Origin: an uncultured Bacteroidota bacterium
Lineage (GTDB): Bacteria > Bacteroidota > Ignavibacteria > UBA10030 > UBA6906
Length of the DNA: 64,000 nucleotides
Direction of reading: 5' to 3'
Assembly: GCA_963700635.1 (NCBI GenBank)
Contig: CAVOYH010000005.1
Location: 64,001 to 128,000 of the forward strand
The translations under genes were made by a program, and so were the position numbers. Position 1 is the stretch's first letter; every line of letters begins with the position of its first letter. The notes under the pieces were generated by a model. It was not told the origin of the DNA, ran no database searches, and was given only the letters and a program-made list of their open reading frames with translations. Below, in pieces: positions 63,829 through 64,000 of this stretch.

Positions 63829-64000
63829 CCCTTACCCCATCCTCACGATAAGAGACCAGCAGCCTTTTTCCCCGGCCGCTGCTTCCCGGGCGTCCCGGCT
63901 CCACGCCGTATCATTCCTCCTCGCCCGTTTGCTTTACCGCCTGCCGTTTGGTACATTTTGACATGTTCTGTACTCTCCGCCGCCAATCAGAATGAAAGGA

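Overview
64-kb GC-rich bacterial chromosomal segment of mostly core and metabolic genes. Canonical TTGnnn-N17-TAnnnT promoters, Shine-Dalgarno use and the folP-cdaA linkage are compatible with an Ignavibacteria-like FCB-group organism (inference, not established). Contents in order: a partial TIM-barrel hydrolase, a His-rich Ni/Co transporter, a large secreted GH2+GH127-like+discoidin fusion, a CHASE hybrid kinase, a complete trpEGDCFBA operon with a WWW leader peptide and attenuator, an acyl-CoA synthetase, an ArsN2-like GNAT, a Tat-signal Fe-S aldo-keto reductase with a partner gene, a triple-receiver hybrid kinase, cNMP-binding/AI-2E/APC transport genes, an ECF sigma/zinc anti-sigma/DUF2892/DUF6132/thioredoxin module, an orphan GvpL/F-like gene with 6x90-bp repeats, acs, ccsA-like-hemACDEHYBL, an rrf2-iscS-orf-sufBCDSUT-iscA-sod operon, LonN, a 33-aa basic ORF, folP-cdaA-pcm-miaA, a MASE1 kinase, tRNA-Pro(CGG), a metallophosphoesterase, lemA-htpX and a serine hydrolase. 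No CRISPR array, transposase, integrase or phage gene was seen. Four genes carry net +1 frameshifts that look like sequencing errors. Best candidates for new biology: a SOD with two possible starts (Tat-exported and cytoplasmic), the orphan GvpL/F-like repeat protein, the unknown gene inside the Fe-S operon, the ECF thiol/sulfur module, and a candidate structured RNA at about 63.1 kb. All family assignments are from motif recognition by eye; no database searches were run.
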